DNA of 64,000 bases from Candidatus Sulfomarinibacteraceae bacterium (lineage in GTDB: Bacteria; Acidobacteriota; Thermoanaerobaculia; Thermoanaerobaculales; Sulfomarinibacteraceae), in contig CAWCLO010000004.1 of NCBI GenBank assembly GCA_963796455.1, forward strand, positions 640,001-704,000, read 5' to 3'. Shown piece by piece: positions 20,512 to 34,466 of this stretch. A program made the translations under genes and the position numbers. Each line of letters starts with the position of its first letter. The stretch's first letter is position 1. The notes below the pieces were generated by a model, which was not told where the DNA came from, ran no database searches, and saw nothing but the letters and a program-made list of their open reading frames with translations.

Positions 20512-21459
20512 CTATGCAATGTCTTCAGCAGTCTTCACCGAACTGGCGTTGCGGTCGAGGTTGTTGAGCGTGGCCACTTCCTCATCGCTGAGGGCAAAGT
20601 CAAAGATCTCCAGGTTGCTCTTCATGCGCCCTGGGTTGCTGCTCTTGGGCAGGGAGATAATCCCCCGCTGGAAGAGCCAGCGCAGGATCACCTGCCCCAC
20701 ATTCTTGCCGTACTTCTGGGCCAGGTCGCCGATCACCGGGTCTTGCAGCACACCCGTGGCCCCCGAACCAAAGGGGGCCCAGGCCTCCAACACGATGCCT
20801 TCCTCCTGGCAATAAGCCACGGTCTCCTGTTGGGCTATATATGGGCTGATTTCAATCTGGTTGACCTGCGGCACAATGTCGGTATCGGCAATCATGGTCT
20901 CCAAGTGCCGCTTCAAGAAGTTGGAGGTACCGATGGCCCGCGCCATGCCGGAGCGGTGGAGTTCCTCAAAGACCTGCCAACACAGCTTGCGGTAGTGGCG
21001 GTTTCTCACCTCGTCCGGCCCCTCGCCAGGCCAGTGCATCAGCAGCAAGTCAACATAGCCGTGACCCAGCTCATCGAGGCTGCGCTCGAAATCATAGAGC
21101 ACCCTTGCCTTGATATCCGTGACCGTAGCTAAATCCAGGGTTTTGCCAATTGCGTTCAATGCTATGCCCGCTGCAGGGTGAAAGACCTTGGTGGTTAGAA
21201 ACAGATCCTCGCGCTGAAGCTTGCCGCTGGAGTACTGCTGACCCAGCAGGTTTTTGAGCATAGAGTGGGTACCGTAGACATAGGCGGTGTCGAAGTGGCG
21301 GTAGCCCACTTCCAGGGCATTCTGAATTGGTTTCCAAGCCAGGTCCGGTTGAAAACCGAAAAATCGACCTTCAGCTTCATTCTCGGTCCAGTTTCCAAAG
21401 GCGCAGCCAAAGCCCAGGGCCGGTACCTCTACGCCATTACTCAGTGTGATGTTCTGCAT
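20512..21459 (-). CDS. Aldo/keto reductase
   Basis: GYRHFDTAYVYG, DLLLMHWP, IGTSNF, NQIE and LPKSSNP motifs; AAGGAG RBS. Confidence 0.95.
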   Translation of the reverse strand: MQNITLSNGVEVPALGFGCAFGNWTENEAEGRFFGFQPDLAWKPIQNALEVGYRHFDTAYVYGTHSMLKNLLGQQYSSGKLQREDLFLTTKVFHPAAGIALNAIGKTLDLATVTDIKARVLYDFERSLDELGHGYVDLLLMHWPGEGPDEVRNRHYRKLCWQVFEELHRSGMARAIGTSNFLKRHLETMIADTDIVPQVNQIEISPYIAQQETVAYCQEEGIVLEAWAPFGSGATGVLQDPVIGDLAQKYGKNVGQVILRWLFQRGIISLPKSSNPGRMKSNLEIFDFALSDEEVATLNNLDRNASSVKTAEDIA

Positions 21460-21499
21460 TGAGTTCTCCTTTACGGGGGCCACTCTGAAAGCATACCGG

Positions 21500-21596
21500 A
21501 TGGGTGCCACCCATGAAGGGCGCCACAGTTCGCTGGGGTGCCACCCATGAAGATTGAGTGATTGCAAAGGGTGGCGCCCATGGAAGGGTGGCACCC
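21500..21596. repeat. Dense cluster of repeat cores
   Basis: ATGGGTGCCACCCAT at 21500-21514, GGGTGCCACCCATG, an A-type arm at 21550-21581, and GGGTGGCACCC. Confidence 0.9.
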
Positions 21597-21627
21597 GCTC
21601 TCGTGACGAAAGGGTGAGAAGAGCGGG

Positions 21628-23478
21628 CTAGAACCCGCAATCTTCGTTGGCTTGTCCTGGCGTACCAAGATCTCCATCGCCGTATGGAGTTGTTGAGGTG
21701 CACCAATTCGCTCCGTCGTTATTGTCGAGGCCTGGGTTTGCGAGGGACATTGAAGCGCCTACGGGGTTGGGGAAAGTGGCACCGCCATCCCACTCGACTC
21801 GGTCGATTTCGTTCAAACAACGGTTGCTGAGTACGATTTCATCGGCAGAATTCCCGAGCGCTATTCCCGTATAGACATAGTCGATCGTGACGCCGCCGTT
21901 TGCGCCAGAATTCCCTTCGGCGCCCATCACAAGGTAGCCTCCCGCTGGTACAAAGAGCGGCCCACCGTTCGCGATAACGTGAGTGTCTGCGCCATTGTCA
22001 GACAGAGTCCAGCCATTGATATCTACAGGGGAAGCACCAGGATTGAATAGCTCAAACCACTCTCCGGCTGCGTCAGAAACAGCGACGGGGTTTTGCATGA
22101 TTTCGTTGATGACGATGACCGTTGCTGGAACCGTGGTTGACCAGGCGCTAGTATCGCCGCACTCGAAGCCATCAGAAAAGATTGGCAAAATCTCTCGAGG
22201 AACAACGTAGACACTGCCGGCCTGCCCATTTTGATTGATATCTTCGGGCGCGCTCATGACGTCCGCGCCTGACACCAACGCAACACTGTAGCCAAAACGA
22301 TCCCCGGCGTTCGCGTCAAACGCTCCGATTGGGTCGATCATGTATCCACTCCAGTCTCCCGCCGGACTGGTGTCGATGAATGAGTATGCTGCTCCGGTTT
22401 CTACACCTTTCCCATTGTGGGATGGACCACCTACCAAGATCTCCCGTCCGGCAAGATCAACGCTGTACCCGAACTGAAGCTGATCGACCGGATCGGAAGG
22501 AGCGAGTACGGTCTCTTGGTAATTACTCCAATCGCCGAGTGGGCTGTTGTCTTGGAACAGGTATACAACCCCGGAGAGGTGGAAATTATAGTAGTGCCAG
22601 GGAGCACCCACCACGAGATTGTGACCCGTGAACGCGAGTGACAACCCGAAAAAGTCACCAGCCTCGGTATCAGAGGCTATGAGTTTGGCCTCCTGGAATG
22701 TGCTCCAGTCGTTTTGAGCACTCGTGTCCCGGTAGATGTAAACAGCGCCGGTGTACAAACCGAAACCGTCGTCATACGGAACCCCAACCGCAAATACGCG
22801 GTCACCGCCAATACTGACCTTGGTACCGAATTGTTGTTGGGTGTATCCGTCTGATGCATCAATCTTCACTTCTGAAAAGGTGGACCAGTCACCGCTTGCA
22901 CTGGTGTCCTGAAAGACATAGACAGACCCAGAATAAATACCGTTGGGATCGTCGAACTCCGCACCGGCGACGATGGTACGGCCACTGACTGAAACGCTTC
23001 CGCCAAAAAGCATGTTGAGAAAGGCGTCAGATGGGACTATCTTGCGCTCCGCGGTGAGGGACCAGTCGCCGGCAGCACTGATGTCTCGAATAACGTAGAG
23101 GCAGCCGGCTTCTTCTGCGCCGTCGTCATCGCCCGTGGCACCAACCACCAGTGTTCGTCCGTCGAGGGATATCGATGACCCAAAACGATCCAGTATTTCG
23201 AGGCCGGCCGGCACGATAAAAGTGTCGCCTACGACCGACCAGTCTCCCGAATTACTGAGGTCCAGAAATACGAAGACCGCACCCGAGAATGGATCCAAGC
23301 CAGGTTCGGAATGTCTCGGTGATGACGCGAAAACCCCCCGCCCCTCGGCTGCCAATTCTGTCCCAACCCAGTCGTCGAGGTTCGAATCTGATGCTACGAG
23401 CTTGGTTTGTTGGGAAATCACGGGCGAAGCCGACAGCACGGCCAAGACGACCAGAAAAAACGTTCTGTGGATTGTCAT
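21628..23478 (-). CDS. Secreted FG-GAP repeat protein with C-terminal lamin-tail domain
   Basis: Repeats of FG.SV....G...VVGA...GAVYVF; LTD motifs IVINEIM, EWFELFN and GTPG; internal IFSDGFE motif. Confidence 0.88.
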   Translation of the reverse strand: MTIHRTFFLVVLAVLSASPVISQQTKLVASDSNLDDWVGTELAAEGRGVFASSPRHSEPGLDPFSGAVFVFLDLSNSGDWSVVGDTFIVPAGLEILDRFGSSISLDGRTLVVGATGDDDGAEEAGCLYVIRDISAAGDWSLTAERKIVPSDAFLNMLFGGSVSVSGRTIVAGAEFDDPNGIYSGSVYVFQDTSASGDWSTFSEVKIDASDGYTQQQFGTKVSIGGDRVFAVGVPYDDGFGLYTGAVYIYRDTSAQNDWSTFQEAKLIASDTEAGDFFGLSLAFTGHNLVVGAPWHYYNFHLSGVVYLFQDNSPLGDWSNYQETVLAPSDPVDQLQFGYSVDLAGREILVGGPSHNGKGVETGAAYSFIDTSPAGDWSGYMIDPIGAFDANAGDRFGYSVALVSGADVMSAPEDINQNGQAGSVYVVPREILPIFSDGFECGDTSAWSTTVPATVIVINEIMQNPVAVSDAAGEWFELFNPGASPVDINGWTLSDNGADTHVIANGGPLFVPAGGYLVMGAEGNSGANGGVTIDYVYTGIALGNSADEIVLSNRCLNEIDRVEWDGGATFPNPVGASMSLANPGLDNNDGANWCTSTTPYGDGDLGTPGQANEDCGF

Positions 23479-23548
23479 ACCTGGAGACTAGCATGCTTCG
23501 ACTTGGTGCCGGTGCTGTGGTGCGGTGCGCATTGACCGCTCACATCCG

Positions 23549-23590
23549 GGGAACCCCGTTAACAATTGCACAGTTGTTAGTCACAGCGGG
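23549..23590 (+). repeat. Subfamily C arm
   Basis: CGTTAACAATTGCACAGTTGTTAGTCACAGCGGG, closely matching 20380-20413 and 43859-43882. Confidence 0.8.
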
Positions 23591-23611
23591 CCACGGCAGC
23601 GATTGCCTCCT

Positions 23612-24169
23612 TTACGGCAAGTAGGTCTTCGGGATTGGAAGGTCGGGGCGTTCGGCGGTCCAGAATATGTTCACCACCCACCACCTTTCGCCATCATTCA
23701 TGAGCTGAAAACTGTTGATTCCGCGGGCAAAGGGCTTCTCATCCTCGGCTTTGCGCCGGGATTCATAGGTGGAAAAAAGATGCACCACCGGACCGAAGCT
23801 CTCGACGATACGGTGAATTTCCACCTCGAAGAATCCCTGGGCCTCGAGCCCGGAAGCGGCACGTTCGACGTACTCTTCGGGGCTCCACATGAGGTGCTCC
23901 ATGCCTTCGGCTTCTTTTGGTTTGAAGACAGGAATGAGCTTCGCACCGGGAACGAACAGGGAACGAAATCGGTCCCAGTCCCTCTTCTGCCCAGCCGGTC
24001 CGGAGATGACGTCGTACACCGCTTTCACGATGGCATCGACGGACTCCACATCAGCTGGAGCAGCCTTCGGCATTGACGAAGCCTCCTGAGCCGGGACGGG
24101 CGCGGCAGTGGTAAAGAGCAACGCCAGCGGCGTGAACAAACAGAAGGCGTTTCGGATCAAATAGGTCAT
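23612..24169 (-). CDS. Secreted conserved hypothetical protein (NTF2-like fold likely)
   Basis: Signal peptide; YDVISGPAG.RDW.RF, FSTYE and RGINSFQL motifs. Confidence 0.8.
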   Translation of the reverse strand: MTYLIRNAFCLFTPLALLFTTAAPVPAQEASSMPKAAPADVESVDAIVKAVYDVISGPAGQKRDWDRFRSLFVPGAKLIPVFKPKEAEGMEHLMWSPEEYVERAASGLEAQGFFEVEIHRIVESFGPVVHLFSTYESRRKAEDEKPFARGINSFQLMNDGERWWVVNIFWTAERPDLPIPKTYLP

Positions 24170-24280
24170 CTCTTTTTCCCCCTTGCGGCAACAAGCCGAA
24201 CATCACCGGGTTTGAGTTCCTGGCACGACGATTCTAACGGTTCTCGAAAGAGGACCCATGAATGTACGAACCCTCAATAC

Positions 24281-24314
24281 TCTCAATTGTGTAATTGTGA
24301 ACGCGGCACCGATG
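24281..24314 (-). repeat. Subfamily C arm, inverted
   Basis: Reverse complement reads CATCGGTGCCGCGTTCACAATTACACAATTGAGA. Confidence 0.8.
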
Positions 24315-24328
24315 CAACCCGCAATCCG

Positions 24329-25210
24329 TCAGACCGCGGCGCCGATATCCCCCGGCGTCGCCCTCACCTCAATCGGTGCCAACTGCAGAGTTTCGAAGGG
24401 CATGTCAACGCCCGCGCCGGTCAAGGTCGTGAAGATCGCCTCGCGCAGTTCGAAGGTCTTTGGAACGTGCTGTTTTTCGTCCTCGATCCACGCCTGCAAC
24501 TGGAGGTTCACATTGTAGTCATTGAGGGCGGTCACCACGACCCGCGGCGGAGGGTCGTTCAAGATGCTCGGATCATCTCGAACCAGGTTCAACAGGATTT
24601 CACGGGTTCGTTCGAGGTTTTCGGTCACCGCGACCGTGACCGAGATGTCGAGGCGCAGGTGAGGGAAGTTGGTGTAGGAAGCCACTGTCGAGTTGACCAC
24701 CGTCGCATTCGGCACAGCCAGCATCCGGCCATCCCGGGTGACGATCCGGGTTGACCGTGGCGTGATCCGATCCACCCGCCCGTAGTGTCCTTCGACCTCG
24801 ACGAGATCTCCGATCACAAACGGCCGGTCCCAGAAAATGAGAATGCCCGAAATCAGGTTGGACAACGCGTCGCGTGCCGCAAAACCGATCGTCAGACCGG
24901 CCACACCCAGACTGGTGACCAGCGCCGCCGTGTTGACCCCGACCGCGGAAAGGGCCTGGACGACACCAAAGGAGAGGACGAGGAACTTGAGGATCGTCCG
25001 GGCAAAACTGGCGGATGTCCGGTCGACCTTCCCTCGCCTCAAGACTGTGTCTGCAAAACGATCGACGACCCACCACAGGGCATAAAAGCCGGCAAAGGTC
25101 AAAAAACCGATCACGACATTGGTGAGCATCGTGACCAGCGCCGGGCCGAGCACCGCCGGATCGAACTGGTCGCGCAGACGGCTCAGAACCGCATTTAAAA
25201 AGGAGTCCAA
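24329..25210 (-). CDS. Small-conductance mechanosensitive channel (MscS family)
   Basis: GLTIGFAARDALSNLISG, RPFVIGD and VPNA motifs. Confidence 0.92.
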   Translation of the reverse strand: MDSFLNAVLSRLRDQFDPAVLGPALVTMLTNVVIGFLTFAGFYALWWVVDRFADTVLRRGKVDRTSASFARTILKFLVLSFGVVQALSAVGVNTAALVTSLGVAGLTIGFAARDALSNLISGILIFWDRPFVIGDLVEVEGHYGRVDRITPRSTRIVTRDGRMLAVPNATVVNSTVASYTNFPHLRLDISVTVAVTENLERTREILLNLVRDDPSILNDPPPRVVVTALNDYNVNLQLQAWIEDEKQHVPKTFELREAIFTTLTGAGVDMPFETLQLAPIEVRATPGDIGAAV

Positions 25211-25287
25211 CAGAATCCTCCGACTTGTTTTCGTTTTCGTGCTGACAGACCTCGAATTCTACACGATCGGGTTGTTCCTCAAGGGCA

Positions 25288-25407
25288 AGGGTGCCACTGA
25301 AAGGGTGCCGGGTTCCGCATTGTTGCATTGTGAGTGGGTGCTCCAGAGGGTGGCACGTTTACGACGGCAGAAAGCAACATTGAGGCAATGCTAAGTGTGG
25401 CACTCAT
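25288..25407. repeat. Subfamily A inverted-repeat element with stacked left ends
   Basis: AGGGTGCCACTGAAAGGGTGCC..., left arm 25303-25331, right arm 25371-25407. Confidence 0.8.
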
Positions 25408-25550
25408 GTTTATTGATCCGGCTGCTATTGTCCTTGAAGAGTGCCCGTGCCTCCTTTCTACTCATGTGAAAACGTGAACGAAGTACCGACGTGGTACGGT
25501 CGAGGCGTTCAAAAGGTAATCGCTGTTCGATTCGGGAAGGGGAGCCAGCC

Positions 25551-25868
25551 ATGAACGATCCAAGCGAAGAGATCGCACCGGCAACCCGCGGGGTGGCGGT
25601 CATGCTTCTGGTCTTTGCGGCCCTAATCATCGGTGGGAACGCATTGGCCCTTCGTTTTATGGGCCGGTACTTTCCGCTCATTCTCGCCTTCGCCGGCCCT
25701 CTGGTCACGATGGGAATCGTCGGCCTGATCAGTCCGAAGATCCTCGATGCGCTCTTTTCGACGGTGGAGAAGGGGCACACGCCGACCGCGATTCGCGTCT
25801 CCTGGGGTGCCTTCCTCCTCGGTGTCGTCCTGAGCCTTGTCTTTCTGTTCAAGGCTTACATTGGCTGA
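25551..25868 (+). CDS. Small hypothetical membrane protein (3 TM)
   Basis: GGAG RBS; three hydrophobic helices. Confidence 0.65.
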   Translation: MNDPSEEIAPATRGVAVMLLVFAALIIGGNALALRFMGRYFPLILAFAGPLVTMGIVGLISPKILDALFSTVEKGHTPTAIRVSWGAFLLGVVLSLVFLFKAYIG

Positions 25869-26013
25869 CCGGAGAATCCGGCGCCCCACCAACACCGAGT
25901 CGAGAAGCCGCTTGACGAGGCGCCTCAGGTAGGGCACGACCTGCCAGGGAGTGCCGCCTACTCAATAACTCAACCATTGTGGAAAAGAAAACTTTGCACC
26001 CGTAGTAACTGCT

Positions 26014-27612
26014 TCAGGGGACCCACCATGACGAAACATCTCCGGACTCGAAGCCGTCGCTGAAGACTTCATCTACGACCTCGTACGCCCCGATGGAGGG
26101 AGGCGTTGCATAGGCGGCGCCGTTTCGGTCTATCAGGATTCCAGCGGCAACCCCGCGCTGTCGAACGGGGGAGTCCTTTGCGGGAACCCAATCGAATTCA
26201 TCGAGGTCGGCCAACAGCGGATCTTCGATCACAGCCGTGGCTTCCCAATCGAATACCTGGCTCCGGTAGACGTAGCCCACGTCGCTCTCGATCGCGAGAA
26301 CCACGTCACCGGATTGCGGCCGGTAGCAAGCATTGTTGCTATGGGTGGCGGAAGATGCTGTGTTTGCGACATAGCAGGGATCGCCTGAAACCGCAGATCC
26401 CTTGTTGACGACCAGGTTGTTCCGAAAAACGGTAACGCCCGGAGTGCTCGAATCGTCCATGAAAGCGTTGCCTTCATCAACCACGATGGTGTTGTGGAGA
26501 AAATCGAACTGCGCCGTTTTTTCACCATCGGTATAACCGACGCCCGAGGCGATCTGGATCCAGATCGCCGCATTGTCGCCGGCGTCCTCCTGATAGAACA
26601 GGTTGCCGTAAATGGTTGCCGATGGGGCGTACCCATTTTGAACGACCATTCCGGGCTTGTCGCGCATGCGGATGTCGTTGTAGCGAATGACGGCGTTCTG
26701 TGGTGTGCCGTCTTCGTTGCCGGCGAGGGCGACCGCGGGGCCATCCAGACTCTCGGCCCCCTGGGTGATCGTGTTGCATTCAATGACGCCGTCGACAACG
26801 CTCTGAGAGAACGACATTCCCGTCGCTCGGCCGTCACCGTTGATTCCGAAATTGGTGACGGTGTTGCGGTACATCTGCATGTTGTAAAGCGTCGAAGGGG
26901 TTGCGCCATGTACGGCGCGCCCCACGTAGGCAGTGACACCGTGATTGGACGCCGTGTCGACCACATTGTCACGGAAAGTGATGTTCGACATATCCGTGTT
27001 CCAGGTCTGGAAGAGCACTGCGATGACGTAGTCGTCGTTCTCATCGCCACAATTCAGAATCGAATTGTTTTGCACGACAATGTTGGTTTCGGAGTCCTGA
27101 TAACCATTCGGTGAGTAATAGCTGTCTGTCCCACCGACGACGATGCCGAAAGCGTTCGTGTCGTTGCCGTCGACCACGATGTTCTGGAAATAGAGATGGC
27201 TGGCGCCGATAATGTTGACTACGGCTTTTTCAGGTGCCTCTCGATCTTGTGACGAACGGATGATGGCTTTGCCGCCGGTGCCCCAATAGTCGCCGTCCCA
27301 AACGATCGGCTGACCCGGCGTTCCTCCATGATGGATGCCGAGCGCCGTTGCCGTCTCGAAAACGTCCCCCCGCTTCAAGGCGATGCGCGCGCCCGCCACT
27401 GTCGCGTTGTCCTCGGCATAGTCGAGAGATTGCCAGGGTGTTTGCTCGGTCAGTCCGTCGTTGTCGTCATCGCCACCGGTGCTCACGTAGTAGGTCACTG
27501 AGGTAATAGGGGGCACCACCGCCACGCCGCACGGCGGATCCAGACTCTCGCCGCGAGCTGGAGCCAGCAGAAGAAAAACAAGAGGGAGAGACAGGGCACG
27601 AAGACTACTCAT
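26014..27612 (-). CDS. Secreted right-handed beta-helix (pectin lyase-like) protein
   Basis: TYYVSTGGDDDNDG...PWQSL, Asn-ladder repeats, SIGAYE, and C-terminal VFSDGFESGD. Confidence 0.85.
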   Translation of the reverse strand: MSSLRALSLPLVFLLLAPARGESLDPPCGVAVVPPITSVTYYVSTGGDDDNDGLTEQTPWQSLDYAEDNATVAGARIALKRGDVFETATALGIHHGGTPGQPIVWDGDYWGTGGKAIIRSSQDREAPEKAVVNIIGASHLYFQNIVVDGNDTNAFGIVVGGTDSYYSPNGYQDSETNIVVQNNSILNCGDENDDYVIAVLFQTWNTDMSNITFRDNVVDTASNHGVTAYVGRAVHGATPSTLYNMQMYRNTVTNFGINGDGRATGMSFSQSVVDGVIECNTITQGAESLDGPAVALAGNEDGTPQNAVIRYNDIRMRDKPGMVVQNGYAPSATIYGNLFYQEDAGDNAAIWIQIASGVGYTDGEKTAQFDFLHNTIVVDEGNAFMDDSSTPGVTVFRNNLVVNKGSAVSGDPCYVANTASSATHSNNACYRPQSGDVVLAIESDVGYVYRSQVFDWEATAVIEDPLLADLDEFDWVPAKDSPVRQRGVAAGILIDRNGAAYATPPSIGAYEVVDEVFSDGFESGDVSSWWVP

Positions 27613-27686
27613 CCTTTCAAGGGTATCAGCGTGTGTGAGGGGTGCGAACGATACCGGGAGCGCTGACTCATGGGGAGTTCGTTTTT

Positions 27687-27780
27687 GTGCCGCTGATCAC
27701 AACCTCAGATGCTGATTGGTGTTGTTGGGATGTGATCAGTGGCACCAAAACGAGCCCTGAAGACGCCCGTTGGGTGGCAC
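27687..27780. repeat. Subfamily B inverted-repeat element plus an extra end
   Basis: GTGCCGCTGATCACA/TGTGATCAGTGGCAC arms (14/15 complementary); GGGTGGCAC at about 27772. Confidence 0.8.
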
Positions 27781-27816
27781 ACTCGTTGGGATACCTCTCA
27801 AAACGAGGCAAGCACC

Positions 27817-30800
27817 CTACTGAGAAGGGGAGGGGCTGCCCGGCACATCGGGGATCGCCGTCTTCCCCTCTCCCTTCGATCGGAGTGCCTTGAGCAACGA
27901 CAGAGCGGTCGCACCGAGATCGTCGAACAAGGTGAAGAAGACCGGCACCACCAACAAGGTCAAAAGGGTTGCCGTGGTGAGCCCGCCGATAAGGGTCAAG
28001 CCGAAGCTGGTGTAGCTCAAACCGATGGAGTTGGACCCGGAGAGGGTCACAGGGATCATCCCGCAGATTGTCGTCAGCGCGGTCATCATGATCGGTCTGA
28101 ATCGTCTGTTGGCCGCCGTGAGCAGCGCGTCCGTTCGGTTCATCCCGGTGCTCCGCAGTCGGTTGACGTAGTCCACCAGCACGATGCCGTTATTGACCAC
28201 CACACCGATGAGCAGTACCAGCCCGACCCCGCCGAGAAAATCGATGTTGTAGCCGAAACCGAAGTGGGTCCACCAGACCCCGAGCCCGGCCAGCGGGATG
28301 GTGAGGATGATGGACAGTGGAAGAGTGAAGCTTTCGAAAAGGAACCCCATGAGCAGGTAGATGAAGACGACGGAAAGACCCGCGGCCAACATCAGACCGC
28401 GGAGATCTTCGGCTGCGCTGTCGGCCCGCGCCAGCTGGCCGAACCGAACGCCCTCAGGGAGATCAACAAACTTCTCGAGCGCAGCCACCCTGCGCCGTGC
28501 CTCGTCCTCCTTGCCCTGCTCGAGCTCGAGGGTGATGGTGTGCGAGGTCTGCTTGTCGCGCCGGAAGATCCGCCGCGCGGTTTTGAGGTAGGTGGTGTCG
28601 GTCACCGAGGACAGCGGGACGAAGCCGCCCGAACCGGTGGGAAGATAGAAGCTCTTCAGCTGACTCAGCGTCTCGCGATCGCTCTCTAAAAAGCGGATCC
28701 TCACCGGGATGTCGTTGCCGTCGGTTCGATAACGATTGAGCTCCTGGCCCCGCAGGGCGTAGCCGACCATCCCGGCCACCACCCTCGGGCTGATGTTCTG
28801 CTGCTGCGCCCGCTCGCGGTCGATGACCAGACCGAGCTCCGAAGGTGCAGGATCACCCGACGCCTTGACCCCGAGCACCCCGGGGATCGAGGTGAACAGC
28901 GGTTCGAGATCTTCTGCCGTGGTTTCGAGCTGCTCGGCGTCGTCACCGTAGAGGGTCACCACGTGAACCTGCTCGCCCGTCTCTTCGGCCTCGGATTCCT
29001 GGCCCGTGTAGTAGGTGACCCCGGGTCGTTCGGGAAGCCTCTCGAGCACGATCGCAGTCACCTCGCGCGGGCTGAGATCGGTGGTGCGGGGGTTGTTGAA
29101 AAAGCCCTGGAGCTCGCCGAAGGTCTCGCGATGGAAGATGAACCATCCGGACAGCCCGAGCTCCTCCGCCGCCGTCTCGATGATCGCCTCGCACTCCAAA
29201 AAGAAGACCTCGGATTCCTCCAACGTTGTGCTGCGCGGTAGGCGGACCTCGATTTCGAAGCCGCCGCGTTCTTCCTCCTGAATCTCGACGAACTCGACCT
29301 GCTGCATGGGCACCGCGACAGTCACGGCGAAGACCGCCAGAATCACCAGGACCAGATCGAGGCGCCGCCTGAGAAAGACGGCGAGCAAACGGCCGTAGAG
29401 CTGGTTGAGCCGCCCGAAGGAGGCGTTGTAGATCCGTTCCATGACCGCCACGAAGCGGCGGTAGGCCGGTCGGAAGAAGGCCTCGCGGCCGCCGTTGCCG
29501 TTGCCATCGGACAGCGTGAGATAAACGCTCAAAGGAACGAAGATTCCCGCCACCACCAGCGAGCCGAGCAGCGCCACCGAGATAGGGATCGACAGCCGAA
29601 GCAGGAAGAACTGGGCCTGCCCACCGACCAGCGAAACCGGCAGAAACACGACCACGGTGGTCAGGGTGGCCATCAACACCGCCAGGGCGATCTCGGCGGT
29701 GCCGCGGATCGCCGCCTCGCGGCGCGCCAGACCCGCCCGGTGAAGGCGGTGGATGTTCTCGGCCACCACCACCGAGTTGTCGACCAGCAGACCGACCGAG
29801 ATCATCAGCGCCAGCAGCGACAGAATGTTGAGCGACTCGTTCGTGAAAAACATGGCGGTGAGCGCGATCAGCAGGCTCAAAGGGATGGCCAGGGTGATGA
29901 TGAGGGTCATCCGCAGCCGGCGGAGAAAGAAGTACAGCACGAAGACGGCGAAGAGCCCGCCGATTTTGCCGCTGTCGAGCAGGGTATCGAGGCTTTCGGT
30001 GATCACCCGCCCCTGATCGAAGAGCGGCACCATGAAGATCCTCTGTAGAGCGGGGCTTTCCTGCATCGCCCGCAGCTCGCCGCGGATGGCCCGCGCCACC
30101 TCGAGGGTGTTGGCGTCACCCTCCTTAAGTACTACGAGGGCGACCGCGGGACGCGAGTTGGCACGGATCCGGAACCGCGCCTCGGGCGGTTTGTAGGTCA
30201 CCGTGCCGATGTCGCGCAAACGGACCTGGGGCGCGACCATCCGATTCTCCAGCTCCTCGAGGTTTCGGTAGCGTGCCACCGAACGCAGCAGCAGCTTTCG
30301 GCCGCCGGTCCTGACATCGCCCGATGCCATCGAGAAGTTGTCCTGCCCAAGCTCCTGCGCCAGGGCGTAGATGTTGAGCCCTGCCGCCTCAGTGCGTTCG
30401 CGGTCGAGCTCGATGAAGATCTCTTTTTCGAGCAAACCGTTGACATTGACCGACGCGACCCCCTCGAGCCGCTGGAGGCGGACGACGATCTGTTTTTGGA
30501 CCAGGGTGTAGGGGTCTGTCAGCTCGGGGTCGATGGCGAGACCGACGACGAAGACCGGGATCGCCGACTCGTCCTCCTTGCGGATGAAGATCCGGTCGGC
30601 ATCCTCCGGCAGCAGCGCCCGAGCCCGCTCGATCCGATCACGGACCTCCCGGTAGGCGACATCCATGTCGGTCCCGCTCTTGAAGTTGAGGAAGCATCTG
30701 CCGAAGCCGGTGGTCGAGAAGGAGTTGAGCGACTCGAGCCCGCGCACCGTGCTGAGTTCGTCCTCGAGCGGCATGACGATCTTCTCCAGCACCTCCTGTG

Positions 30801-30992
30801 CCGGCGCGTCGCGCCAGGGAACGTTGACCCCGAGAAACGGCGGCGAGAACCCGGACGGGATGAGTTCGAGGGGAATACCCAGCGCCGCCACCAACCCCAC
30901 CACGACCATCGAGGCGAGCAGCACCAGGACCCCGATCCGCCGGTTGAGCGAGAACCGCGGCAGGGCCTCCTCGAAGTGGCGCTTGTCGTCCA

Positions 30993-30996
<4 letters not shown>
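27817..30996 (-). CDS. RND efflux permease (AcrB/MdtC family)
   Basis: GLLVDNSVVVAENI, GVVVNNGIVLVD and RPIMMT motifs; 1059 aa. Confidence 0.95.
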
Positions 30997-34462
<3,466 letters not shown>

Positions 34463-34466
<4 letters not shown>

